A stretch of 64,000 nucleotides of DNA from an uncultured Anaerolineales bacterium (lineage in GTDB: Bacteria > Chloroflexota > Anaerolineae > Anaerolineales > UBA11858), in assembly GCA_964344175.1 (NCBI GenBank), contig CAYFMI010000002.1, positions 6,350 through 70,349 of the forward strand, given 5' to 3'. Shown here in pieces: positions 10,337 through 19,961 of the stretch. Every line of letters starts with the position of its first letter. Position 1 is the first letter of the stretch. Both the position numbers and the translations under genes were made by a program. Below the pieces are notes generated by a model that was given only the letters and a program-made list of their open reading frames with translations, made no database searches and was not told the origin of the DNA.

Positions 10337-11809
10337 TCAACCCTCAATCTCGGCTTTCAGTTCAGCGGCGGTGTTATCGAGCTCTTCAAGCAGCGCGGGG
10401 ATCTGATCTAAACTCCCCTGCAAGATAGCTTCGAAAGCATCTTCAACCGCCCGGCGCACTGCCCCCCACGAGGCCATATTCGGTTCGGTCTGCCCGGAGT
10501 TCATCAATTCTAGGCCTGCCGCCCATTGCGGATTTTCCGCCACATACGTTTTGAGCAAATCTTCGGCGCTCCGCCGGACGGGGTAATAATCTCCTGCGCG
10601 CACCCATTGGGCCTGGACTTCGGGCGAGGCGAAATATTTCAAGAACAACCAGGCCGCCAATTTTTGCTCAGGGGATTTCTCGGCGATAGCAACATACTGG
10701 CTGGCCGTGTTGACTGCATTTTGACCCTCCCGACCGGGGAAAGGGATCACTGTCCACGCATCGCTGGATCCTGCTTCTTCGAAGGCTGCCGCCTGATGAG
10801 GGAGTCCGGCGGAGGAACTCATCACAAAGAGCGCCTGGCGCGTGGCAAACTCAGGGTTTGGGTATCCCTCAGTGGGAAAGGCGCAGCCTTCATCCCACAG
10901 CGTCTTCCAGAATTGGGCCACATCGTTCACTGCTGCCGAGGTGAAATCGTAGGCGGTGCCGTCTTCGGCCAGGCCATCCTCACCAAAGGCATAGATCCAG
11001 GGCATGATATACGAAGCACCGGGATAGAGCACCAACCCGCCGGTGCCATCGTTATCGGGGTTCGCATCATCAGAATTTGCTTGAAAGGCGCGGCAGGCTT
11101 GCGCCCGCAATTCTTGCGCTGTTTGAGGCGGCTGCTCGAAGCCCAATTCCTTTGCCCAGGCTGTATTGTAAAACAACACATACACCGATTGGCTGATGGG
11201 CAACCCGAGTCGCGGCCCATCGTTTGTTAAGGCCCCGACCAGCGCTTGCTCATAAAAATCGGCCATCTCGGCTTCGTTGAAACCCACTTGAGGATCGTCA
11301 ACATAAATATTGATATCAGCAATCGCCCCTACGGAATACCAGGATGAAAGCGCGTTGGCATACCCCAAGACAGCATCGGGGAACTCGCCAGATTGAATAG
11401 CGAGATAGAATTCATCTTCAATGGTCGGGTAAAAGCCCATATCGATGGCTTCAACGGTGATGCCCCACTCGTTCGCCGCATTGAATTCATCAACAATGGC
11501 ATGCATCGCATCTCCGCGCGCCCCACTCCCCCAAATATGCCAAAAGGTCACCGTCACATCTGAAAGATCTGGCACAGCAGAGGCTTGCACCTGCACAGCG
11601 GCTTCGACCTCAGGTTCTGGCGTCTGTGTTTCGAGCAGTGATGTGGGGGCAGCCTGGACAGTAACCAGCTCTGTCTCAACAAGCGGGGCAGCCATTGGGG
11701 GTATTTGGTTTTCCGCCGTATCTGCAGGCTCAGACCCACAGGCGGCCAGAGCCAGGGATAACGTCACAACCGAAGCAATGAAGAGAGAAAGGTATCGTTT
11801 ATTGTTCAT
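10337..11809 (-). CDS. ABC transporter extracellular solute-binding lipoprotein (family 1, CUT1-like), paralog B
   Basis: Start at ATG 11809 ([10 protein letters not shown]...LALAACGS lipobox). Long Glu/Ala/Pro/Val linker. Alignable along its whole length with 11994..13376. Confidence 0.85.
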   Translation of the reverse strand: MNNKRYLSLFIASVVTLSLALAACGSEPADTAENQIPPMAAPLVETELVTVQAAPTSLLETQTPEPEVEAAVQVQASAVPDLSDVTVTFWHIWGSGARGDAMHAIVDEFNAANEWGITVEAIDMGFYPTIEDEFYLAIQSGEFPDAVLGYANALSSWYSVGAIADINIYVDDPQVGFNEAEMADFYEQALVGALTNDGPRLGLPISQSVYVLFYNTAWAKELGFEQPPQTAQELRAQACRAFQANSDDANPDNDGTGGLVLYPGASYIMPWIYAFGEDGLAEDGTAYDFTSAAVNDVAQFWKTLWDEGCAFPTEGYPNPEFATRQALFVMSSSAGLPHQAAAFEEAGSSDAWTVIPFPGREGQNAVNTASQYVAIAEKSPEQKLAAWLFLKYFASPEVQAQWVRAGDYYPVRRSAEDLLKTYVAENPQWAAGLELMNSGQTEPNMASWGAVRRAVEDAFEAILQGSLDQIPALLEELDNTAAELKAEIEG

Positions 11810-11912
11810 GGTCTTATTACTTCTCGACTCGGTACGCACTTGTAGATATTTTCGGGAAACGCTTCAACGAATTGCATATGCCCCTATGTTAACACTTTCG
11901 CGTGAACAACGC

Positions 11913-11925
11913 TTTTAGTGTATCA
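11913..11925 (-). promoter_or_regulatory. Shared 13-mer TGATACACTAAAA (extended -10-like) upstream of binding-protein paralog B
   Basis: Identical 13-mer also at 13535..13547, upstream of paralog A. It reads TG-n-TACACT on the coding (minus) strand. Confidence 0.3.
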
Positions 11926-11937
11926 CAAAGCCCTCAA

Positions 11938-11972
11938 AAAAAGGGCTGCTGCTTCTCAGCAACAGCCCTTTA
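11938..11972 (-). terminator. Intrinsic terminator after binding-protein paralog A
   Basis: On the minus strand: GGGCTGTTGC-loop-GCAGCAGCCC followed by TTTTTTT. Lies 22 nt after the stop at 11994. Confidence 0.7.
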
Positions 11973-11993
11973 GCAATCAAACGATCTTGCTTA

Positions 11994-13376
11994 TCAGTCA
12001 ATTTCGGCCACAAGTTCAGCTGCGGCAGTGTTCAACTCCTCAAGATAAGTGGCAATTTCATCCGGGGAACCCTGGATGATGGCGTCGAAGGAATCTTGCA
12101 CGGCGCGGCGCACAGAACCCCAGGATGCCATAGTCGGCTCAGAGTGACCATCGGCCAGCAATTCCAAACCGGTCTGCCACTGCGGGTTAGCAGCGCTGTA
12201 CTCTGCAACCAACGGTTCGGTACTCATGCGCACGGGGTAGTAAGCGCTGGCGTTGATCCAGGTAGCTTGTGCTTCGGGGGCGGTGAAGGATTTGATGAAG
12301 AGCCAGGTAGCCAGGTTCTCCACCGGGTTGGTATTGACCATGGCCACAAACTGACCGAAAGCGTTGACAGCCTGTGTTCCATCGGGGCCAACGAAGGGGA
12401 TAAAGACCCACTCATCAGTGGCGCCGGCCTCTTCAAAGGCGGCGACCTGGTAGGGAATACCCACTGAGGAACTCATGGTGAAGAGCGCCTTGCGAGTTGC
12501 GAACTCGGGGTTGGGGTAGCTCTCGGTTGGGAAGGCACAGCCCTCATCCCAAAGTTCCTTCAGGAAGACGGCCACATCTTGCATGCCCTGCGAGGCGAGG
12601 TCATAGCCAGAGCCGTCATCGGCCACACCGTCATCGCCAAAGGCATACAACCAGGAGAAGACGTTGGACGCACCCGCATACAGCACCAAACCGCCGGTGC
12701 CATCGTTATCGGGATCATCATCGGCAGCGTTGGCCGCAGCAGCCGCGCAGGCCTGCTCTTTGAATTCGGCAGCGGTCGTGGGGGCGTTCTCGAAACCCAG
12801 TTCTTGCGCCCAGGTCTGGTTATAAAACATCACATTGGCCGACTGGCTAAGCGGCAAAGCAATGCGGGCGCCTTCGGCATTCACACCACCATTGAAAGCG
12901 CCGGGGTAAAAATCGGCAATTTCATCGGCGGCAAAGCCTACGGCGGCGTCATCAACATAGGGTTGCAGGTCTGTAATTGTGTCAACCGCATACCAGCCCG
13001 CCAGGGCGTTAGCGTAACCCACTATGGCGTTAGGAACATCACCCGACTGAATGGCGGCGTTCATGGCATCTTCGGCGTCACGGTAGTGTCCCTGATCGAC
13101 CGCTTCGACAGTAATGCCCCATTCGTTGGTGGCATTGAATTCATCGATGATGGCGGTCATGCCCTCGCCGGGATCACCAGTGCCCCAAACATGCCAGAAG
13201 GTAACGGTTGTGCCAGCCAGGTCTTCCAGCATGACACCCATTACTTCTTCGGCGGCTGCTGGTTCTTCAACAGCGGGGGCTTCTTCTGCTTCGGGGGCTG
13301 CGGGTTTACAAGCCGCCAGCGCTACTGCGAGCAAAAGAACAAACAGCACTAAGATGGATAGGTTTTTACGGGTCAT
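11994..13376 (-). CDS. ABC transporter extracellular solute-binding lipoprotein (family 1, CUT1-like), paralog A
   Basis: ORF 11994..13520. Start set to ATG 13376 (MTRKNLSILV...LAACKP lipobox), preceded by AAAGGAGAG. Shares blocks [33 protein letters not shown] and YPNPEFATR with paralog B. Confidence 0.88.
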   Translation of the reverse strand: MTRKNLSILVLFVLLLAVALAACKPAAPEAEEAPAVEEPAAAEEVMGVMLEDLAGTTVTFWHVWGTGDPGEGMTAIIDEFNATNEWGITVEAVDQGHYRDAEDAMNAAIQSGDVPNAIVGYANALAGWYAVDTITDLQPYVDDAAVGFAADEIADFYPGAFNGGVNAEGARIALPLSQSANVMFYNQTWAQELGFENAPTTAAEFKEQACAAAAANAADDDPDNDGTGGLVLYAGASNVFSWLYAFGDDGVADDGSGYDLASQGMQDVAVFLKELWDEGCAFPTESYPNPEFATRKALFTMSSSVGIPYQVAAFEEAGATDEWVFIPFVGPDGTQAVNAFGQFVAMVNTNPVENLATWLFIKSFTAPEAQATWINASAYYPVRMSTEPLVAEYSAANPQWQTGLELLADGHSEPTMASWGSVRRAVQDSFDAIIQGSPDEIATYLEELNTAAAELVAEID

Positions 13377-13534
13377 TCTTCTCTCCTTTTTAGAGATATA
13401 AGAGGATGAATCGACTCTCCCGGGGAGATTTCCCCCCGAGCTTCTGCCAGGCGAAAAGCGGCACCCCACAAAGAGGTCGTTCGCTTCTGGCACGGCAGGG
13501 AATAGAACCGGTAAATACAAAGGCTTCCATCAAG

Positions 13535-13547
13535 TTTTAGTGTATCA
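13535..13547 (-). promoter_or_regulatory. Shared 13-mer TGATACACTAAAA (extended -10-like) upstream of binding-protein paralog A
   Basis: Identical to 11913..11925. About 160 nt upstream of the ATG at 13376. Confidence 0.3.
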
Positions 13548-13608
13548 TAACTTTCTGAACACTTTTCTTAAAATCCATAGAGTCTCTGGGAATCCCCGTG
13601 GTGGGTAT

Positions 13609-13672
13609 CCGCATTGGGGGGTATGGGGCGTGCTCCGCACGCCCCATACCCCCAGGCAGTTCCCAAAGAGCC
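13609..13672. repeat. Dispersed repeat copy 1: 17-bp perfect hairpin plus adjacent 18-mer
   Basis: CCGCATT-GGGGGTATGGGGCGTGC-TCC-GCACGCCCCATACCCCC-A-GGCAGTTCCCAAAGAGCC. The 18-mer occurs as an exact reverse complement at 57129..57146, and the left arm recurs at 57157..57187. Confidence 0.7.
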
Positions 13673-13694
13673 AATCTATGAATAGGGTTACAAA

Positions 13695-14585
13695 CTATCC
13701 TTTCAGGCCGCTGCGCGCGATACTTTCGGTGAATTGTTTCTGAGTAATGAAATATAACACCAAAATTGGAATGATCGTAATTGTTGCGCCCGCCATCATC
13801 AAATGCAAAGATTGCCCAGCCTCCTCGACAAAGTTGTAAAGACCCACAGCAATCGGACGCCATTCCGGGGAATTAGTGACCAGCATCGGCCAGGCCAGGG
13901 CATTCCATGAACCAATAAAGGACAGCACCACAATCACCATCACCGGCGCCTTAGAAAGGGGCAGCACCACTTTAGCCAGGAAGCGCAAGTGCCCGGCGCC
14001 GTCGATGCGGGCGGCATCAAACAACTCATCTGGAATTTGGGCAAAGAACTGGCGCAACAAGAAAATTGAAAAGATACTCCCCATAAAGGGAACTGTTAAC
14101 GCAGGCCAGTTGTTGATCCACTTGATTGGGCCTATGCGCCCCAACCAGGTAACGGTTAAGAAATTAGGAATTATATTGACCATCGCCGGGATCATAATCG
14201 TGCTCAACAACAGGCCAAAAATAGCCTCACGTCCAGGAAACTTGATACGCGCGAAAGCATAGGCTGCCAACACGCTGAAGGTCAATTCTCCCGCCAGGGT
14301 TATGATGGTGATCACAACGCTGTTGACGAAATACTCCGAGAAGGCGGCTTCCTTCCAGGCGTTGGCATAGTTGATAAAGCGCAGCTCGGAGGGCATCCAA
14401 CGTATGCCTTGCGCTTCTCCCAGAGTCATGAAGGATGTCAAGAGCATCCATATAAATGGCGTAATTGAAATCACAACGCCCAGGAAGAGAAACGCGTAGA
14501 TCGAAATATTTTTCACCGCCCTGCGAGACATATTCCAAAAATGGTGCTGTTTTTCTGCCGGTGGGTGTTCGATTGTATTAGCCAT
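13695..14585 (-). CDS. Carbohydrate-type ABC transporter permease (MalG-like)
   Basis: 296 aa, six TM segments, EAA loop [22 protein letters not shown]. 8-nt overlap with the upstream permease. Confidence 0.9.
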   Translation of the reverse strand: MANTIEHPPAEKQHHFWNMSRRAVKNISIYAFLFLGVVISITPFIWMLLTSFMTLGEAQGIRWMPSELRFINYANAWKEAAFSEYFVNSVVITIITLAGELTFSVLAAYAFARIKFPGREAIFGLLLSTIMIPAMVNIIPNFLTVTWLGRIGPIKWINNWPALTVPFMGSIFSIFLLRQFFAQIPDELFDAARIDGAGHLRFLAKVVLPLSKAPVMVIVVLSFIGSWNALAWPMLVTNSPEWRPIAVGLYNFVEEAGQSLHLMMAGATITIIPILVLYFITQKQFTESIARSGLKG

Positions 14586-16251
14586 AAAACACTCGCGAAC
14601 CTTGAATTTTGTTGTTGATATACGTCAGACTGAGGATCACCGCGAAGAGCACAAAAGCCAACGCCGAGGCATAACCATAGCGCAGTTTCTCAAAGAATTC
14701 ACTGAAGATCACCACACTAAAGGTATCGGTTGTGCCCAACGCTGAACCTTGCCGCATTACCCAAATATGGTTAAAGGCCTTGAACGTGCCGATAATTGCC
14801 AACAGGGATAAGAAATACGTTGTTGGGGAAAGCAGCGGCAAGGTGATATGGCGGAACACTTCCCAACGCCCGGCCCCATCAATTTCAGCGGCCTCAATGA
14901 GTTCCGTTGAGATATTCCCCAACCCGGCCAGGTAGATGACCGTATCGTAGCCCACATAGGTCCAAATCGAATAGATCATGATGACCACCAGCGCCAGACT
15001 CGGCCCGGCAGCCCAGTCCGGCAGGCTGAGGTTTAAATTCTCTGCCAGCATCGTAAAGATGCCGCGCGGTTCTCGAATCCACTGCTGGGGTTCGATCCCC
15101 AGGGTAATCAAAAGCTGATTGATCGGCGCTTGATAGCGATTTGAGAAAAGCTGTCGGAAGATCGCCGCACTGGCTACGGTTGGGGTGACATAGGGCAAAA
15201 AATACAACATGCGGAATAATTCAGACCCCCATAATTTTTGGAAAAGCAAGATTGCCAAAAACAGCGAGAAGGTCAACTGAAACGGCACTGTGCCCAGCGA
15301 ATAGAATACCGTCACCTTCAATCCGTTCCAAATATCTTTATCGCCAGCCGTAATCAAAACAGGCAACTCACCTATCAATAGCCAGGCGCCTACCAGCATG
15401 GTCATGGCGCCTAGCACATGCATAACAAAAGCCCCATTACTTGCTTGCTCAAGGCCGCGCTGCCAAACTTTCCAGCCTCCGTAGAGCAAAATCACACCCG
15501 AAGCCACCGTTATTACTTGCGGCCAAATTCCAGGATCCTGGCCGGTTTCCAGCGCCTGGGCATAGGCATTGCTCACCAGGCCAAATGTGCTCCAAAAAAG
15601 CCCACCGCCCACAAATAACCCTAACGCCGCGCCAAAGAACTGCACCAGATACCCCACATGGCGCGGGTTGAGGAACATGCGCCAATACCCGTAAGCAATC
15701 AACGTCACTAGCAGCGCAATCGCCAAATAGAGAAATATCTGCCAGGCAGCATAAGCTTGCTGGGCGTGAAAAGCCTCGCCAAGCAGGCTCACGAATAGCT
15801 GGCGAGTTTTTGTTACACCAATAATCTTATCGGCAATATCCAACACTTCGGGGAGTACGCGGAAGGCCCAATTAATCAACGCGAGAAACGTCACCGCCAT
15901 TAAGATGCCAGGGAACACCAACCACCAGGGATGGTCATCGAACTCTTGAATTTGGCGGTATGCTTTCTGAATGCTTAAAACAGCCCACGCCAATAAACCC
16001 AGGGCCAGCAAAAAAAACGAGATATAGGCTAAATTTTCTAACGCACGAATATAATTTTCGGCCCCGATAAAATCACCCCGCTTTAGTCGCCATTTGTGCA
16101 TGCTCACAAACAGGGCAAACCCAACCGGGAAAATCCCAAACGTAAAGACGAGAATCGTTGCCGGCGCAATCATCAAATATGCGGTAATATACTCCCGCCA
16201 CTCGCGGATTCGACGGCTTGATAAGAAACGTTCTTCCACGTTGACCTCCAC
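14578..16251 (-). CDS. Carbohydrate-type ABC transporter permease (MalF-like) with a large hydrophobic insertion
   Basis: 557 aa, EAA loop [23 protein letters not shown]. Canonical TM1 ([18 protein letters not shown]) and TM2 ([13 protein letters not shown]) are separated by about 230 aa containing six further hydrophobic segments. Confidence 0.88.
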   Translation of the reverse strand: MEVNVEERFLSSRRIREWREYITAYLMIAPATILVFTFGIFPVGFALFVSMHKWRLKRGDFIGAENYIRALENLAYISFFLLALGLLAWAVLSIQKAYRQIQEFDDHPWWLVFPGILMAVTFLALINWAFRVLPEVLDIADKIIGVTKTRQLFVSLLGEAFHAQQAYAAWQIFLYLAIALLVTLIAYGYWRMFLNPRHVGYLVQFFGAALGLFVGGGLFWSTFGLVSNAYAQALETGQDPGIWPQVITVASGVILLYGGWKVWQRGLEQASNGAFVMHVLGAMTMLVGAWLLIGELPVLITAGDKDIWNGLKVTVFYSLGTVPFQLTFSLFLAILLFQKLWGSELFRMLYFLPYVTPTVASAAIFRQLFSNRYQAPINQLLITLGIEPQQWIREPRGIFTMLAENLNLSLPDWAAGPSLALVVIMIYSIWTYVGYDTVIYLAGLGNISTELIEAAEIDGAGRWEVFRHITLPLLSPTTYFLSLLAIIGTFKAFNHIWVMRQGSALGTTDTFSVVIFSEFFEKLRYGYASALAFVLFAVILSLTYINNKIQGSRVFYG

Positions 16252-16308
16252 AACCTTTGCTCGCTGTTGGGAGCGCCATTATATCACGCCTATAAAGGAA
16301 AATTCCCC

Positions 16309-17598
16309 ATGCCGAACATCATCTCCAGACTGCGTTCTGATCTGCAAGAAAACCGTCTCTCGGGGTTCGATCTGGGGGATGGATTTATCTACCCAAAATA
16401 CGGCGATCAATCGATTCTCAACATCCCCGCCTCGATATGCCACTGGCTGGGCGCGCCCGGCCTCGGGGCTGGCGCGTTACGCCCAGAGATTCTCACCCCC
16501 CCCGGCGACGGCATCCGCAACGTTATCGTGATCCTCATGGATGCACTGGCCCTTCACCGCTTCGAGCGCTGGCTGGATGAAAAGCGCACTCCGGTATGGA
16601 ATACCCTGCTGCAATCGGGCACATTGGCGCCACTCACATCCATCAGCCCCAGCACCACCAGCGCAGCCACAACCTCCCTGTGGACAGGCGTCAGCGCCGC
16701 CCAACATGGGATTGTCGGTTACGAACTCTGGCTCAAAGAATATGGCATCGTCACCAATATGATCTTGCACACCCCCATTAGCTTTCGCACGGGGGTTGGC
16801 GATCTCGCCAAAGCGGGCTTCAAAGCGCCCGAATATTTGCAAATGCCCACATTGGGCGAACATCTCAAAGCGCACGGCGTCCAATCGCATGCCTTTTTAC
16901 ATCATAGTATTGCAAACTCCGGGCTTTCGACCCTGCAAATGCGCGCCGTCGATGTGGCCCCTTTTAGCACCCCGGCAGATCTCTGGGTAACGATGCGCGA
17001 ACTACTCGAAGAAAAATCTTCGCAAGGTCAACGCACCTACAATTGGGCTTATTGGGGCGTCGTGGACGGTTTTTCGCACCACTATCACCCCGAAGACGAG
17101 CGTGTCGCCGCCGAGTTCGAGCAATTCAGCCGGGCCTTCGAGCGTTCTTTCGTCAATCGTCTTAATGCCGCAGCGCGTAAAGAAACCCTGGTCATCCTGA
17201 CCGCCGATCACGGCCAAATCCGCACCGTTGACCAGGATCGCTACCACCTGAAAAGCCACCCCGATTTAGATGCCATGCTGCACATCCATCCAACCGGCGA
17301 GAACCGCCTTTTTTACCTCTATGCCCGCCCCGGCCAAAGTTCGGCCATTCGCCAATATTTTGAGGCTGCCTGGCCGGGAGAATTCGCCATCTTCACACCC
17401 GAACAAGCCCTGGATGGCGGTTTATTCGGGCCGGGGCCGCAGCATCCCCGCTTACGCGACCGCCTGGGTGATTTGATCGTCGCGCCGCGTGGCAACGCCT
17501 ATTTGTGGTGGGCCAATAAACCCAACCCCCTGGTTGGGCGGCATGGCGGTTTGCATCCGGAGGAAATGCTGGTTCCTTTCCTGACGGCGCGTTTGTAG
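16309..17598 (+). CDS. Alkaline phosphatase superfamily protein (nucleotide pyrophosphatase/phosphodiesterase-like)
   Basis: Motifs VIVILMDALA, SISPSTTSAATTSLWTG (Thr/Ser nucleophile region), LTADHGQ and HGGLHPEEMLVPF. Start set to ATG 16309 (AAAGGA SD). Confidence 0.75.
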   Translation: MPNIISRLRSDLQENRLSGFDLGDGFIYPKYGDQSILNIPASICHWLGAPGLGAGALRPEILTPPGDGIRNVIVILMDALALHRFERWLDEKRTPVWNTLLQSGTLAPLTSISPSTTSAATTSLWTGVSAAQHGIVGYELWLKEYGIVTNMILHTPISFRTGVGDLAKAGFKAPEYLQMPTLGEHLKAHGVQSHAFLHHSIANSGLSTLQMRAVDVAPFSTPADLWVTMRELLEEKSSQGQRTYNWAYWGVVDGFSHHYHPEDERVAAEFEQFSRAFERSFVNRLNAAARKETLVILTADHGQIRTVDQDRYHLKSHPDLDAMLHIHPTGENRLFYLYARPGQSSAIRQYFEAAWPGEFAIFTPEQALDGGLFGPGPQHPRLRDRLGDLIVAPRGNAYLWWANKPNPLVGRHGGLHPEEMLVPFLTARL

Positions 17599-17603
17599 TA
17601 TTT

Positions 17604-17658
17604 CGAAAAATAGGGGTGTGCATGGCTGCTATGCAGCCATGCACACCCCTATTTTTCG
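17604..17658. terminator. 26-bp perfect palindromic hairpin with A5/T5 flanks
   Basis: CGAAAAATAGGGGTGTGCATGGCTGC-TAT-GCAGCCATGCACACCCCTATTTTTCG, between the stop at 17598 and the start at 17685. Confidence 0.7.
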
Positions 17659-17684
17659 AGTATCTTTTTCCAGGAGTACACTAG

Positions 17685-18080
17685 ATGATAAAAACGATCC
17701 TGCAAGAAACTGAAACTATTGCTGTTGTGGGCTTCTCATCCAACCCCGATAAAGCTGGCTATTATGTCCCGGCATATTTGCAGTCCCACGGATACCGCGT
17801 GATTCCGGTGAACCCAAAACTCGAAGATGCGCTGGGGGAGAAGGCCTACTCCGAACTCAGCGCCATTCCCAACCCGGTCGACCTGGTGCTGATCTTCCGC
17901 CGCAGTAAAGCCGTGCTGCCCTTTGTAGAACAGGCCATTCAAATTGGCGCAAAAACAGTCTGGATGCAATTGGGCATCCTCAACGAAGAAGCCGCCCAAA
18001 TCGCTCAGGCGGCTGGATTGCAAGTGGTCATGAATCGCTGTATGAAGGTCGATCACCAGCGCTTCGAGACAGGTCGTTAA
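17685..18080 (+). CDS. CoA-binding domain protein (YccU-like)
   Basis: 131 aa. [33 protein letters not shown] is typical of the CoA-binding Rossmann domain. AGGAG SD. Confidence 0.8.
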   Translation: MIKTILQETETIAVVGFSSNPDKAGYYVPAYLQSHGYRVIPVNPKLEDALGEKAYSELSAIPNPVDLVLIFRRSKAVLPFVEQAIQIGAKTVWMQLGILNEEAAQIAQAAGLQVVMNRCMKVDHQRFETGR

Positions 18081-19858
18081 CCGCGCTCCCGCGCGCCCGT
18101 TTGCACCCCCCATAAACTCGCATAAATCCCAGGGATAGACACCAGTTCATTATGAGTGCCCTGCTCGACCAATTGGCCGCGCTCCAGCACAAAGATGCGG
18201 TCAGCATTACGCACGGTGGAAAGGCGGTGGGCGATGATGATGGTGGTACGCCCTATGGCAATGCGTTCCAGTGAGCGCTGAATCAGGGCTTCGGTTTCAT
18301 TATCCACCGAGGAAGTGGCTTCGTCCAGGATCAGCACGGGGGGATCTTTTAGCACGGCGCGTGCTATCGAAATGCGCTGGCGCTGCCCGCCAGAGAGTTT
18401 TTGGCCGCGCTCACCCACAATGGTCTCATACCCTTGCGGAAGCTGCATGATGAAGTCGTGCGCTTCGGCAATCTTGGCAGCCTCGACAATTTGCTCATCG
18501 CGGGCATCGAACGTGCCATAGGCAATGTTCTCGCGCACTGTCCCGTGGAATAAAAAGACATCTTGACTAACAAAACCGATCGCCCGCCGTAGCGATTTTT
18601 TGTTCAGAGAGCGCAAATCATCCCCATCCAGTGTAATAGCCCCAGATTGCACATCGTAAAAGCGTAACAACAATTTGACCAGGGTGCTTTTACCGGCCCC
18701 TGTTGCGCCGACAATCCCCACACTTTCTCCGGCAAAGATGTCAAAAGAAAGCCCATTAATGACCGAATGTTTTTGGGCCGAGTGATATTCGAAGGTCACA
18801 TCGTTGAGGCGGATGGCCCCTTCGACAGTATCCACATCGAGTATGGTATCCCCACTGAGGATAGCCGGGTGCGTATCTAATAGATCCAGCACCCGCTCGG
18901 TAGAGGCCAGCGCCCGCTGGTACAAATCCAGCGTATCCCCCAGCCGGGTCAACGGCCACAACAGGCGCTGGGTAATGAAAATCAGAATACTGTAGGTTCC
19001 CACGGCCAACTGGCCGTTGATCGCCAGGCGACCACCAAAGATCAAGATGGCGATAAAGCCGCTCATAATGACCATACGGATCAGGGGCACAAAGGCCGAA
19101 CTCAGGGCAATGGCGGCACGGTTGGCTTCCCGGTAGCGGTTGCTTTCGGCAGTCAGGTTCACGAGTTCGTGCGTCTCAGCGGTATAGCTTTTGATCGTAG
19201 CAATCCCGCTCAAATTATTCGAAAGCTGTCCATTGAGAATGCCAACCCGCTCGCGGACGACTGCATATTTGGGGGCCAGAGTGCGCTGAAAGCGGATGGA
19301 ACCCCAGATGATAAAGGGCATGGGGAGCAAGGCCATCCAGGCCACACTGGGGGCCGTATAGACAAAGATCCCCCCAATCACCAGCACGGTCGTCATCACC
19401 TGCCAGATATCGTTAACGCCGCTGTTGAAAAAGCGCTCCAGTTGGTTGATGTCGTCGTTAAGAATCGCCATCAGCCCGCCGGTGCTGCGGTCTTCAAAGT
19501 AGGCCATCTCCAAATGTTGGACATGATCGTAGGCATCAACGCGCAGGACATGCTGCAAACTCTGCGCCAGGTTGCGCCAGGCAACCTGGTAGAGGTATTG
19601 AAAGGCCGACTCGAAGGCCCAAATCATCACGGTCAGCCCGGCCAGCGCCAGTAATTGATCGCCAACATCAACAATGCCAAAGCGGGCGATCAGCGAATCG
19701 CTTTGCTGCACGATCACATCAACAGCCGCGCCGATCAGCAGCGGCGGCGCCAGATCGAATATTTTGTTGAGTACCGAGTATAGCGAGGCGACGATAATAT
19801 CGCGCCGCTGATCGCGGGCATAGGCCCACAAACGAGTTAAAGGATGCTGTTTGGTCAT
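18077..19858 (-). CDS. ABC exporter, fused permease/ATPase (MsbA/multidrug type)
   Basis: Six N-terminal TM segments. Walker [10 protein letters not shown], signature [14 protein letters not shown], Walker B LILDEATS. Start uncertain (ATG 19858, or the alternative start at 19885). Confidence 0.9.
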   Translation of the reverse strand: MTKQHPLTRLWAYARDQRRDIIVASLYSVLNKIFDLAPPLLIGAAVDVIVQQSDSLIARFGIVDVGDQLLALAGLTVMIWAFESAFQYLYQVAWRNLAQSLQHVLRVDAYDHVQHLEMAYFEDRSTGGLMAILNDDINQLERFFNSGVNDIWQVMTTVLVIGGIFVYTAPSVAWMALLPMPFIIWGSIRFQRTLAPKYAVVRERVGILNGQLSNNLSGIATIKSYTAETHELVNLTAESNRYREANRAAIALSSAFVPLIRMVIMSGFIAILIFGGRLAINGQLAVGTYSILIFITQRLLWPLTRLGDTLDLYQRALASTERVLDLLDTHPAILSGDTILDVDTVEGAIRLNDVTFEYHSAQKHSVINGLSFDIFAGESVGIVGATGAGKSTLVKLLLRFYDVQSGAITLDGDDLRSLNKKSLRRAIGFVSQDVFLFHGTVRENIAYGTFDARDEQIVEAAKIAEAHDFIMQLPQGYETIVGERGQKLSGGQRQRISIARAVLKDPPVLILDEATSSVDNETEALIQRSLERIAIGRTTIIIAHRLSTVRNADRIFVLERGQLVEQGTHNELVSIPGIYASLWGVQTGARERG

Positions 19859-19961
19859 AAAGAGATTTAACCATGCCCCTAGCAAAGTTGATAGGGTGCT
19901 TACGAGTTTTGTTATCTACAAGCAGATCTTATAATTCCCCCAACAAATTGAGTTCGGCATT

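Noticed and set aside
11887-11893. A single TGTTAAC heptamer, plus a nearby TGTTCAC on the other strand, upstream of binding-protein paralog B. I considered it as a possible Pho box.
   Set aside because: A lone heptamer is expected by chance several times in 64 kb. The spacing to the half-site (14 bp) does not match the 10/11-bp phasing seen at pstS.
10526-13352. Plus-strand ORFs 10526..11230 and 12579..13352, antisense to the two binding-protein genes.
   Set aside because: These are shadow ORFs of paralogous genes. They mirror each other only because the sense genes are homologous.
13377-13520. N-terminal extensions of listed ORFs. Other examples are 49393..49488, 63048..63188, 53587..53643, 54618..54725, 4051..4119 and 38217..38252.
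   Set aside because: In each case an internal ATG with a good SD opens directly onto a signal peptide, lipobox, Tat motif or the conserved family N-terminus. The upstream residues look non-native.
13537-13863. ORFs 13537..13863 (-) and 13540..13743 (+) in the permease/binding-protein spacer.
   Set aside because: They run through the dispersed repeat hairpin and into the permease gene out of frame. There is no SD and the composition is odd. I interpret them as non-coding repeat sequence.
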